From Rotaria socialis (taxonomy: Eukaryota), in the NCBI GenBank assembly GCA_905331295.1, contig CAJNYD010000005.1, forward strand, positions 186,001 to 250,000: a stretch of 64,000 nucleotides of DNA. The letters run 5' to 3'. A program made the position numbers and the translations under genes. Shown one piece after another: positions 46,094-59,175 of the stretch. The notes beneath the pieces are model-generated. The model searched no databases and was not told the DNA's origin. It was given only the letters and a program-made list of their open reading frames with translations. Each line of letters opens with the position of its first letter. Positions within the stretch are counted from its first letter, which is position 1.

Positions 46094-49000
46094 ATGTCCA
46101 GTGGAGCACTCGTATTCGATGTTATATTCTCATGTTTGATAACGCTTATTTTTCTCTATCGATGTGGAAATTATCGTCGACAGCATCCATTAACAACAGC
46201 AGCTGTTTTTATTTCATGGTTTTTTTCTGTTCTGTTTATTTTTCTTTTACCATTGGATATTTCACTAGTAATTATTTATCTTATTAAACAAAGCATAATT
46301 ATCAATGTGAAGTTACTACCATGATGGATTCAAATTGATAAAAAAATTGTTTGATATTCAACTTCTATAGATTGGTTAGAGATGAGGATCAGCGAAGAGA
46401 TCGGTTTGGTTTTTGTATTCTAACTTAGTTTTATCAATTTCAAACTTTCAAAATTCTTAATAATAAGACTACCTTGCATTCTCTGAAATCCATCATGCTA
46501 ACTTCAGATTGATGAAATATTTCCATAAAAACGTTTGATCTTTTCTATTTAGGCTGCTTATCGAGAATGTACTAGATATAAATCATCAACAGAATCAACG
46601 ATTAATACTGATAATTTAAATCAAGTAAACATTTCTATTGTAATTATTTTATGAGTATTAATAAAAACATCATTATAGAATAATTCAATCACAGATTCAT
46701 GTCCTCGTCCATGGTCTTATGTAGATCCACAATCTTACGGAGTTCTATGGCGCATTATTTATTGGACATCCCAATTGCTGACTTGGTAAAAAATAAAACT
46801 TGAAAATAAAATAAACAAACGAAGTTGTTTTAATTTTGACTTTGTTAAGGCTAGTTTTACCATTTATGCAATCAATCTGTCAAACAGGTTAGTTTAGTTA
46901 TTGATGGTTAATTTATTTAGATATTATTTGCTTTGCGAAATTTTTTCAGGTGAATTTTATTTAAAAGGAAAAATTCGATATGCATTGAGATCAAATTTAT
47001 TTTATTATGGAACACTTTTACTGATATTTGGAGTTCTTGTTATTTATGTCGCAATTAATTATAATTTAAACGCATCAAATTTTAAGGTAATTAATCAAAG
47101 AGAATATTTTATTTTTTGAAAAGAAAAATTTTTCATTGAAGTTTTTTCGGCTGAAATAATCTTTAATTGATTCTTGCTAGAATATACTATTATTTGTTTT
47201 TCAACTTAAATTAATGTTCCATGTATCGACTATGAATTCTATAGTATATTCAGGATAGATACATCAAATGAGATTGGGATTTGAGATCGGACGTACTTTT
47301 TAATCATTACTTTGCAAGAAAATGTTAAGATTTAGAAATAATCAAGGTTCTTTATATGCATTAAACAAATTGCTCAATGAAGGGGAGTTGAAAGATACTT
47401 ATGTGAAGTTTTTTTATTTTAAAACAACATTTATTTCCTGTAAAACCGAGAAAAATATGCATTTTCTCTGTATACACACTTTAGGAATCTAATAGATTTT
47501 CTGAAATCATCATCATTTATCAAATCTAAACAATAAACCTTATTGCGTATCGTATTAGAATCCTATTGAAATCATACTGAAAGGTCTTTTTTTTACATGT
47601 TTCATATAGTATTAAAAGATCTATTTAAAATTTTGAGTATAAATAATTTCCGCCTGAAAAAAGTTTAAAGAACATCTTTATCTATGATTACTCATCGTAA
47701 TTAGTAAAAGTATAACCGATGATCGACACTATATATCAGTGATGAGACCATTGATTGTTGCGTCGATTCATTTCTAATGCTTTCAATGGAAAGTTTTCAT
47801 TATCGATTGTATCATTCGTTGATCCTAAAACTGAATTTTGTCAAAAGTTACACCATTAATAATAGTTCGATCTATTATAGGTAACTGTTATCGCAGCAAG
47901 TACAACTTGGGGTCTTTTTCTTCTTGTATTAATGCTTGGCTATGGTCTTGTTCAAGTACCATTAAATGTCTATAATCATTCTCGAACATCTTATATGCTT
48001 TCTCATATTCAATTCAAATTATCTCAACTTTATAATGAAAAAATTGATATTGAAGAACGTTTAGAATCTCTTGTTGATGAAGTATCAAAATTGTGTCTTG
48101 AAATAAAATATAATGATCCGCTACGACCTTGTTTGGAACAAATTGTTAAAATAATTCCTGAACAATATGCAAATCGGGTGAAATTAACGATGGACGATTA
48201 TGAAGATTATAGAATAACATCGAATAATTTAACTGATTTACCAACAGAAACAAGATTAATTAAATTACATAGACTGCTTAAAAAGAATAAACATATTCAT
48301 CATCGAGTACAAGCTTCGTGGATTCATATGATTCATGAAGCTTTTTATTTAGAAGATATTCTAAATAATGAAAACAATACGAATCATTCATTCGTAAAGC
48401 AAAGTCCACTTCCAAGATCATGGTTAAGACAAAAAATGTTTGATGAACATCCGATATTAGGTAAAACAAAAAAAGGAACTTCTTACAATAATCCGGATCT
48501 TTTTGTTTACTGGTACTACTGCTATTTCAGTAAACTGCCAGCGGAATTTCTAGTTTTCAAGCATACGAGTTGGAAATAAAAAGTAGTGCGCGCCCTTTTT
48601 TTACGTCAATTGTATAGAACAAAACAAGGCACTGTCATATGCTCAGTTGCACTCAATATATTGAAAGAGTAAGATCAAAGTGAGGATTAGAATTATGAGT
48701 CATCAGTTTGCACTATGGTTCTCTTTGAATAGTCTAGAAGTTATTTTGAAAAGACTAGAGCATTTTTTAAGAGATCTCAACGAATCACGAGAAGAAAAGA
48801 ACACTATTGTACCTCGCTTTTTGAATGTTTTATATCGTTCATTGATTTACTAAATACTTTGAAATAATATTATTTGTACTTTCGACAGGTTACAGCACCG
48901 TTCTTGAGTTTTTAACATTTCAAACGGATAGTTAATTCTAACTAAAACAATTTCCGTGTTTCCGATAATAGGTAACTTCGTTCACCTTTGTTAAACTAGT

Positions 49001-50934
49001 ATCTCTTATAAATATTATTGATCTATCATCGAGGTTTTATATATGTACCTTGTCAAGTCTCCGTTTCTCTCTCTCTATCGACCTGAATTTTTAGCGTTGC
49101 TACTTGAGTATTCTAATATTCTATTTGTTTTTTCGATCAATTCTTTGAATGAAATGAAATATTCTATTTTGTTAGAGTGGTATACGTTTTGTCTTATACG
49201 CCCATTGGCTCTTCGTATGGTTGGCATAGTTTTAGGTGGTATATCAATAGTAGTTATTTGGTCTGAAATGACGTTTTTCAGTGCAAAACCAGTATTATCC
49301 ATATTTGCTCAGTGTGTTAATGCAGCTCGGCGTCATTATGATTATTTCACAATCGAAGTAAGATTAAACTTAACAGCATGCATTCGTTTATTTTAATAAA
49401 AATAAATCACTTTTATAGGTATTTTGCTGTTTAAGCATTGCTTACTTATGTTTATGTGCATACTATACAATATTCCGTATTCGTATATTCAATTACTTTT
49501 ATTTATCACTTTATCATTTAACTGATGAAAACAGCTTGATTTTTGCTGCAACATTTTTATGTCGTTTAACAGCTCCACTTAGTTACAATTTTCTTGGGAT
49601 GATACATATGGATCAAGCAATTACAAAACAAACTGATCGAGAAGAAACTGTTTTTACAACGGTAATTGAAATAAATGTATGAAAAGAATTATATTTTTTT
49701 TTCTGCTAAATTTAGATCATGGGTAGAATGAATGTTATTCCAATAATTTCAAAAGGTTTTAATTTTTATTTTCCTATGTTAATATGTATATTATGTGTTG
49801 GAACATATTTTCGACTTGGTTCTCGATGTTTACATATATTTGGTGTTCGACAGTTTTTTGATGATGATGAGATATCGGCTGAATATATTGAAGATGGAAA
49901 AAATTTAATGAAAAGAGGTAAAATTATTTTCATCTTCTTTTATTGTAATTTTTATTTCGAAAAAACAATTTAGAACGAAGAAACTACGGTGGTAATGAAA
50001 CCCTGTCAACAATGGCAAATACAACAACAGCTACTCAACGACATGATCGGAGAAAAGAATTAGAAGAAAAATATGGGCTTCGATCAACAACGCCAGATTT
50101 CACAACATCGACATCACGAGATGATCGCTTATTAGATTTGAGATCAGGTTAGAATTTTATTTTTGAGATAGTGTTTCACGATCAATTTCTCGTTATAGAA
50201 ACTCGCCAATTAAGACCACTCACAAGTTCGGATGAACCATTGATAACTGTCAATAATAATCAAACAGTTTCTTCGAATACAACAGTACTGCAAGGTAAAA
50301 AATCTGTAACAATTCTTTCTGTCCTAGTAGAACTAAAACAAGTTTAGAATTTTGTTTACTACTACTATTGAGATTCTTTCGAAAAACGTGATTTTTTTTC
50401 ACCTACTGAATTTTGACAAAGAGAGAAAACTATAGTATTAGCTGTCGTTTTATCCTGTGAGCGACACTAACGCGTGAGGATAATTGAAAGAAAATTTACT
50501 TACCTGCGAATAAAAGTCAGCAAAACATAACTGATTTTATATTGTTTTCTTTTGGAATTACACACAACTGATTATTAAGTACAAGAATTTTAATCGAATA
50601 ATTGCATTTATCATACTTTCTTCTGACTGGAACTTACAATGTTCGAATTCACAAGATGATTGAAAATTAGGAGAAAATAGGTTTATGGGCTTTTGCTTTT
50701 GTATGTTCAATTTTGGAAGATTTGTTTTTCATAAGTAACCCTGAAAATTAACCAATGAATGTTTCCATCGATTCAAAAATATCAACCTTCATATGTCTTT
50801 ACTATCTATGCAAAATATTGCATCTTCTCTCGTTTTAATCTGCTCGAATCTATTAATATTTATTCAATATTTTAATAATTTTAGGATCTTCTCGCCGAAT
50901 AGCTCCGCCTACAGACATATTTAATGACGTTTAA
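46094..50934 (+). CDS. LMBRD2: LMBR1-domain membrane protein LMBRD2, multi-exon
   Basis: MSSGAL...RQHPLTTAAVFISWFFS...LPLDIS; CPRPWSYV...LWRIIYWTSQLLTW; AASTTWGLFLLVLMLGYGLVQVP; VIWSEMTFF; TDENSLIF...CRLTAPLSYNFLGMIH; GFNFYFPML; C-terminal DIFNDV* (TAA 50932-50934). Confidence 0.93.
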
Positions 50935-51132
50935 AATAACTTTTTTGTTGTCAATGTATAATATAATATGATCTACTAAAATTATCTTGATTATTTATAG
51001 ATGTTGTATTTTTTATTTATATTGTTTAATTAGTCATTAACGAATTCTCGACCATTTTAACATTTAGTGTTAATCATTTTCGTCATTACAGAAAGTTGTT
51101 TTATTTATTTCATGTTGTATTTATCATTTAAG

Positions 51133-51488
51133 ATGAGTAATCCAGAAGATAACCAAACAAATAATAATTTAAGTGAATTACGTGCTGATGTTGCTGCGAC
51201 AACAGATGTTTTGAAAGTAACAGTTGAAAAATTAGTTCAACGCGGAGATAATTTAGATGCATTAAATAATCGAGCTGAAACTTTGAATTCAACATCATAT
51301 CATTTTCGTGGTACCGCAAGACGAGTCAATCGACGTATGAGATGGCAAAATTATAAATTAACCATTTTTATTAGTAAGTTTTTATCTAAAATTGCACATT
51401 AAATTTATTTAGTTTTATTCTAGTCTTCGTTGTCGTCTGTGTAATTGCGTTCATTATATTGATGGCTCTTCATCCATGGAAAACATGA
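51133..51488 (+). CDS. Synaptobrevin/VAMP-family R-SNARE (brevin type), 2 exons
   Basis: LRADVAATTDVLKVTVEKLVQRGDNLDALNNRAETL...FRGTARRVNRRMRWQNYK followed by a TM exon VFVVVCVIAFIILMALHPWKT*. Confidence 0.9.
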
Positions 51489-53660
51489 TCTAATAATGAT
51501 GACTATATAAAATAGTTTTGTACATATGAAGTTGAATATAGTGAGATTGTTAACTATAGTTTTTAACTCTGATCCTTTTTCTATGATCTATTATATTTAT
51601 AATAACACTTTATATATTGTAAATACATGTATTCAACAAAACAAAAAAAGATTTCACAACTAATGGTTGAAGCTAAAAGAAAATGATGATAGTATTGAAT
51701 AAGTTAGTGTGAGAATCTTGTCATTTTCTAGAAAAAGAAAAACACATTCAATCGATATTTCAGAAGTTTGTTTTTCGGATGTTGAATATATTCAAGACTA
51801 AAAAATGCTGATGATCATGGTCATTTATTATGTTAACTGTACTACAAATTTTGTTGGATAAAAAATTGTTGATTTCGTTTCATGATTACTGTTATTGACA
51901 ATGAATTTTTGAAATCATTATCACTTATATTTTCAGCATAATTGATCATATAGTTTCTTGTTCGTCGTTTCTTTAATCATAAACTTTGTTTTTTTTGTAA
52001 AAACCAGTTGATGGTTTGATCGTGTATTGAAAATTTCTCATAGTTAATACGTTATTAAGCTACATCAATACGGAATGAATGTTGAAGACGTATTGAAGTA
52101 AACTATATGACGCTTTTTAGTTATTTTTCAATATTGTGTCTGACACCTACTACGATTCATATGGTAGATCCAAGCTTTTTATGTACTAAAAAGCCTTACC
52201 GGATTTATCATAAAATGTTTAGGATCTTATTGAAAAGTCCTAATAAATCCCTAAAAGATAAAACTCAGCTGTTGTTGCATTCTTCGAGCTTTGCAAAGTT
52301 TATCTTTTTCTCGCCAGTTGATTGACTTTATAGAAAAAAGTTAAATCTTACTATGTACAATAAACGTATCATTCATCTATATTCTTATTTGTGATTGTAG
52401 ATCAAAAGATAAAAACGTAAGAGTTTTATGAATCAAAGACCCAAAATCAATCAAATCGAACACAGATGCCTTATAAATGTCTCAGATGAATTGCACACAT
52501 GTAGATGGAAATAATACTAATTTAGAAGTTATAACTAGGCCTCTCCGGTTGTTGCAGATCGAAATATTTGTTTCGAATATGTAATCAAATGATGAATTCA
52601 TGCTCTAGAGTTTAATTATTTTTTAAAAAGTTTAGTAGCTCTTTTTATGACTGCTTAGTGACAAACTTATAGTAGTCTTTTGTTATCATAAGTTTCATAA
52701 TAAAAACATAGATCAGATACAAACGAGCATGCATCTCAGAAATTCAATATCATTTAAAAGGCAAGAAATACTTCTTCGTTTATCATTTTATTAATTTTTC
52801 TTATATTGGAAAAGAAAAAAAATCTGAGCTTTCGAGGTGTTTCAAAGGTCGTTATCTCTACACGTCGATTCTTATTCATTGTGTGTGATAACGGTGTATG
52901 AAACACATCGAACATACACATTGTTTGTTGTTAATACAAGAAAAAAAGAATAAAATGATAACCGCATTAGTACTGCTTGCCTTTTCATCATTTAATTATA
53001 TTCCGTTGAGCGAAGTTACTATTTCAATGTTATAATGTCATTAAAAAATCATGTAGAGAGAAATATGTCAAGTTGCTTTTTCGCATTCGTATCAGATGTA
53101 CTAATATGTACCAGATGCGTCCACAGGGCAGGGTAGGGCAGTGTAGGATTATACTTCTATGCCCAGAAAACTCCACACAATATTTAAAATAGTTTTCTGT
53201 AGAAATAATTTCTATCTAGAGACAAGAATTCAGTTTGACATTCAGTCGTTCAAATTATCACCAATTCTATGCTTTGATTAGCAAAAGCTACCACACTAGA
53301 TTATTGTCTGGTGAAATTCTAACGAAAGAACAAAGTAGATAGACTCTAAAGCACTGACTAGACTTGCATATTGGTGAAAAGTAGACTGTTCAATCATGTT
53401 GAAATGTTATATGAATATCATTCATCTGCTGCCTTAGACTATATAAGTCTAATGATATAATGACTGATATTGGTCCGAACCAAAATGAGTAGCCTATAGA
53501 CAGTTCTTGTCTGAAGAATACTTTTTTAATTTTGAATACGATTTTATTATTCTAAACCTTTTGGAGTGAACAATAAACGAAGCTTCCGTTGATGAAATAA
53601 GCCAGCATGGAGAAAACAGAGAAAAACAACTCGAATATTAACTGTTTGAAAATCTTCTTT

Positions 53661-54800
53661 TCAAAAATGATCTTGACACGAGCATTGCCCGTTTGGATAG
53701 AAATGATGAATACGATTGGCATCGCGTATGAATATCAAACATTGGGGGATGTGAGCAATCAACTTAATGGCTACATCTATAACGATAAATGGACTCAATA
53801 AAGAAATAAAGACACAACTAATCAACTTACGACAGTCGCCGCAAGTCACTAAGTTGTTCACAATTTGAATACGAGTTGGAAGTGGTCGTTGAATCAAGTT
53901 GAAAGCAATGGCAATTCGTTCACTATGTGCACATAATACTGGTTTGGACGTCTCATTATCTTTTAATGGTCGTGTTATTCAAGATGCATCAGATTTATAG
54001 CCATGTGCGATCAATTCTGCTTGTAATTTATTTAATTCAGTATAAATTTCTGATGAACAGGAGCGTGATTGATCAAGCGCTCGAAATGTCTGCTAATAAA
54101 AATTTATTCTTTTCATATTGTTGTTTAAGATTGATTAAACTCACGAAGACTTTTCCATTGATGACAGTCCATGATTGACCAACAGCTTTTTTGGTGTCTG
54201 GTTGATTTAGTTTCATTCGTACGTTTGTTGCGTTCGATGTATTACCACTTAATACGTGCGTATTAGCAAGAAGAACTACAGCCGATGTCAGAACATTTTT
54301 TGCATCGAGAAAATTTGACTCCATACGATCGAAAATCTTCTGTGATAATGAAGCATCTTTCATTACGCGTAGATAAAAGCAGTGACACTGAATAAATTAG
54401 AATATATTGGTATCTTTGCATATCAATAAATAGGAGAAGAAAAAACAACAACTTACTATACATTGGAATAGTTGGAGAATTATATCTTTTGAATTCTTCA
54501 ATAAATTTTTGTGCTTGATCAAAATCAAAAACACGACTAATTGTATCAACCTGTACAAAAGGAGATTAAACAAATAAATTCGAAAGTACACAATATATTT
54601 TAACATTGTAGTAAGAATTTGCTCTGTTCTTTGATTAATTGGAATCGTTTCAAAGATTTCACGAGCTTCATTAACAAGTCCTGAATGCGAGCAAGCATTT
54701 AATGTACATACATCGATACAGTTATCCAGCACAGTCGCTGGAACTTTATGAAAAAGTTGAACAGATTACAAAACCCATACCATTTAAACCATGTGCGTTA
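53661..54800 (-). pseudogene. PPR-E-DYW-type cytidine deaminase gene, intron-containing, disrupted
   Basis: NAHGLNGMG; LNACSHSGLVNEAREIF; VLLANTH...KKAVGQSWTVING (E/PG box); LCAHSERIAIAFN (HSE 53919-53927); TCGDC|H; IRDANRIHHF...CSCQDHF*. Lesions: in-frame TGA at 53979-53981, two apparent frameshifts and a non-GT donor near 54603. Confidence 0.85.
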
Positions 54801-55217
54801 ACTCAAATATAAAATAAATAGCAATTAGAATAAAGAAAAACAATATCCATTGCCAAATTAGGTGATGTATCATGATTAACGAAATGGTACACATGCTTTT
54901 CTAGAATATGTGATGATGTATTGAATAACATGGAATTAAATAAAAATTTCAATACTTTGTGTTTATATACTTATTGTAATCTAGTCCTTATTGTTCTAAA
55001 ATATTTCATGTAGTTAAAATACATGGAAAGAAATAGTGTGCAGGTGTTTTACTGTCTCTTTCACGAAGAATTTAATATTCTTGAATCTTACGTAGACAAG
55101 TAATAATCAAAAACTTAGGCGACGTAGATGGTTTCTTTATTGTAAGTAACGATGAAAATTAGAATCATAGAAAATTGAGAACCATCTATAACTTGAGTGA
55201 ATCAAGCTTCAAAACAG

Positions 55218-55522
55218 CCCAGGTAGACTGATCCGACAGGAACCTGGAAATATCCTACAATCCGATGCAACTCTATTGGATTCCGGGTCGAGGAATCGAT
55301 GTCGGATCCTCAGTGTCGGAATCCTATGAACGTCCGATGACATACAACGGTTTTTCCTTGGAATTCATAGGAATCCGACACTGAGGATCCGACATCGATG
55401 CCTCGACCCGGAATCCAACGATAATTCTGTAAGAGCTGACAGGATCCGATAAAATTCTATTGGATTCCAGTCGGATCGGATGGGTTTCGATAGGTGCCTA
55501 CTGTCGGATTGTTCGACCTGGG
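55218..55522. mobile_element. Non-autonomous CCCAGG-terminated palindromic element
   Basis: CCCAGGTAGA ... TCGACCTGGG termini; internal inverted repeat ggattccgggtcgagg..atcgatgtcggatcctcagtgtcgga / tccgacactgaggatccgacatcgat..cctcgacccggaatcc. Confidence 0.75.
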
Positions 55523-56342
55523 TTTCCGTAACTCGAAGATCTATTTTTTCCTTCTAAGACTTTTAAAGGTATCTGAGATCAGTCCAGAAACATATTCAGC
55601 TTTTCGGAATCAGTCTGGAATAGAGGTGTCAATTTACTGTTTATTTATTTTAAATTCAAGTTTCTATGAATTTTATTCTAAAATAAATTTAATTTTCCCT
55701 TATCTCACAACGTATACTTAAATTGAATTTAGCTTTTGAGAAATTTAGTTTATATTAAATTTAAATTCGTAAAAATTTTTTTTCGATTTAATAAATTTTT
55801 CTCAATTTAACTTCATCACTCCTAGTCTGGAAACCTATTTAAGTTTTGGAATGCTCAGAAGTCTATTTCGTTGGTTTCCTAGAAAACGATTTTTATTTAG
55901 AGTCTAACCTACTTTATGAGATATTTTTATTTCTTTATCATATGATTTACTTGATCACATATTGCGAAAGATAACTGATTTATATATTATTAGCACAAAA
56001 CTTGAGAATAAAGAGACCAAGATTGATTTACTTTGCTTTCCATTCTGTGATCAGCCATTAGAAAGGTTCGTTACCAATGATTGTTCATTCAATTAGATTT
56101 GAAAGTATTGGCAAGATAAAACCTCGTAATACAGGGAAATCTAACATAAAATGTACATATATAAGTGTATACCGATTATTAGAATTGATTCTGCATGTCT
56201 ACATGATTGTTTATTTTATGAAAATTTATGGCGGGGATAATTCGGGGATTTACCTTATTCCGCCCCGCCCCGTTTCGGTCTCTGGTAGTGACACATAACT
56301 AGAATTTCCAGAGTGGTTGTGCGAACAGCTCTGGTAGTTGAG

Positions 56343-57023
56343 AATCTCTAAACTTTGGTTGACAGAAAAAATGTCGGCAGTAAAATGTCGAAAAAACGAA
56401 AAAGTAAAAATATCGACAGTAAAAATGTCGAAAACTGAGTAGGGATTCATGAAAAACATTTTCCGATAGGTGTAAACTCGGTTATTACACGTTGCTTTAT
56501 TTGTTCACGAGTTTTTTTTTTGATTTGAAGAGATTCATGATTTGCTGGGTGTCCATGGCCAGTTTTACCACCAGAGAAATAATTCTGATCTATATCAGTG
56601 TGAACATATACGCCACAATCTTTAACCACACACACATACAATCTTTTTTATTGGACCTTTTTTGTTGCATTTGTATATGCATTGATTTAATATTAAAAGA
56701 GGTTGTCCCTTATTCGAAGTAATGAAATTAAAATCGCTGTTGATGCTGAGTGTCAATTCCGTGGCGGCTTCCATATGTATATTTATCACTCGAATAATGA
56801 ATAATTGAAGAATAATTTTCCTATCCTTTTCTATTACATGGTACTAAGCTACCAATGTCTGATAGACCAATGATAGATTTAAACGAACATTAGTCGCCAT
56901 CGATCCTACAATAATAACATATTCATCGAATATCTTTCAAAACACTCCTTCTTTTAGAAGTTTTTATTTTATTTTTATAAATTTCTTTCGACATTTTTAC
57001 TGTCGACCAAAGTTGAGTTTACC
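56343..57023 (-). mobile_element. Internally deleted MULE carrying a frameshifted FLYWCH transposase 5' fragment
   Basis: TIRs aactttggttgacagaaaaaatgtcg / cgacatttttactgtcgaccaaagtt; 9-bp direct repeat GTAGTTGAG at 56334-56342 and 57024-57032; minus strand from ATG 56774 FITSNKGQPLLILNQCIYKCNKK / YVCVVKDCGVYVHTD...GHGHP. Confidence 0.8.
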
Positions 57024-58017
57024 GTAGTTGAGCGGTGTCCAACCATACACCACCTTGCTTGCGCAACTAGTTATTAGTTTTTACAGTTAATGGAATGTAC
57101 TACTTGAAATTCTCTAACAACAATTTTAGTTTTGTTAAAGTTTAGCACATGTAAGTGTATATTTTCATATCAGGATAATAAGTGACAATCAATGCTGATG
57201 TAAAAATTTACCTGTGTGGTACCAGTTTCATTAATTTGAGCACATTGAACATCTAATTTTACTTCCATGAAACTCTTTCTAACTCTTAACAGCTTTTCTA
57301 TATCAGTGTTAACATCTAAACTGAATGGTTGTATCCTTTTAATTTTCCTAAACTACTATAGTATCATAGCTAACTGATTGAACAACGAGTTGAAATTCAT
57401 ATACAATGTGTCTAGTGTTTGGTAGAATACCGGGCAAGTAAGAAGATCTCGAGAAAAAAAGCATCTAGGATAATTTTTCATTGAACTTAAGAAATCAATT
57501 CAGTCAAGAAATCAGTCTTTTTAAAGAAGAAACGCAAACGCATATACAGCTTTTTTATCATTGATGCCAACATTTTTATTTATTTCTAACTTTCAACGTA
57601 AAACAAACTGATTTCAATACACGATGAATTGCAGAAGTACAGCATTAGTACCTGTTACAGCAATAATACAACTTGGAAAATCAAGTTGGATGATCTTTTT
57701 GTGTTGCAACTGTGTTCGAGTATCCTACTCGAATCACTTCTAACAACTTCTCGAGTGTTACCAACGGTGGTTTTTCAGCAAAATTTTCTCGATTTCCCTT
57801 ACGTACATTGATGTAAGAATTGAATCTAATTATATTAAGAAATATTTTTGAAAACATTTCCTGTAATAATTCGCTGACGTTTCTGTCATTTGAGCTCCTC
57901 ATTGAGCTATGTCACCTGCAAACTGAATAAGCTCGTGAAGAAAACAATTATTAGATCTAAAAAAAACGACTTGTTATTTTGAGAGCTATCCTTTTTTGTT
58001 TGGCGCTCGTCTGTATA

Positions 58018-59175
58018 ATGACTTGTGAAAATAGTGTTAACACGATCCATATAATTGTTCGAAACGAATCTTTTGAATTATCATCCTCTCTTTTTTGTCA
58101 ATTTCTGGAATATTCATCATATTCCGATTTAAATGATGCTAAACTAAATAATCAACATCACATACATCTAAATATCGACCCATACATTTTTCAAGCCTAT
58201 CTAATTTACATCCAATCTGGCTGTTTTATTCGACCTGATCATTTAGCTCAAGAAGATTTAATTAATGGATTGCGAATATGTGGTGCACCTTCCAATTTAG
58301 TTGAATACTATGAACATCGTGATCTAACATTAAGTCTTACTTCACATGCATATTCGTGTCGGCCTATTCGTACAAACATAAGAAGCCGACAAAAATGGTT
58401 CAATCTATTTATTTTAAGCGGATTTTTTATTGCTGGATGTTGTTTAACTATTGATTTGTATCGGCAAATGTTAATATTAAACAAAAATTATTATGAAGAA
58501 ACATCTCAATACTTAATTATTATGATATATTGTATTGATGGTATTTTATTTCTATACTCGTGTTCATATGGAATTTCAAAATTTGTCTTAACTAACTATG
58601 ACAAAAAAGAACTAGGAAAAGATCCATATTTCATAACTCATGTAATTTCATGTTTGGGTAAATAATTCAATTGAAATAGTGGCTATCGATAAAAATAATT
58701 TTTAGGCATTCTATGCTATTTTATTAGTCAACGTCCAATTACTAATGTTTATTTATCGAATTGGAATTCAGTTTGGACACTGATTCATCTCTGTCGAACT
58801 ATTCGTATAGCACAATTAGGTTGTCGTTTAATTGATATTCGATGGTGTCTATATGCTATTACTAAATGCTTCTGGATATTGTTAGAAACAATTATCGGAC
58901 TTTTTTGGATTTTAATTTTTTCAGGTTCTATGTTATTCACTATGGATATGATAGAAAGACATCAACAATACAAAAATAATCGGTTGACAATTCTCTCGGT
59001 CCATGAAACTTTATATGCAATAGGCTATCGAAACGACTCGCCAAATGGATTTTTAACACGTCTATGGATGATGATTAGTATTTATCTCATGTCATCAATA
59101 GTACAAATACTTTTATGGTGGTTTCAAACAAAAGTTACGATTCAATGGACAATTTTATTAGATAAGAAAAAGTAA
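58018..59175 (+). CDS. Highly divergent Kv-like channel subunit (T1/BTB + TM segments, degenerate pore), 2 exons
   Basis: IHIIVRNESFEL...IHLNIDPYIFQAYLIYIQSGCFIRPDHLAQEDLINGL (BTB/T1-like); TM helices; S4-like LCRTIRIAQLGCRL; S5 FWILIFSGSMLFTMD; pore-like HETLYAIGYRNDSP; S6. Intron 58658-58705. Confidence 0.7.

Noticed and set aside
46310..46505. Weak inverted repeat in LMBRD2 intron 1 (gaagtta..catgatggatt / aatccatcatg..taacttc)
   Set aside because: Probably an old MITE, but too degenerate and no TSD was identified.
53979..53981. TGA in the DYW gene as recoded Trp or selenocysteine
   Set aside because: Additional frameshifts and a broken splice donor make ordinary pseudogenisation simpler, and neighbouring genes use TGA as stop.
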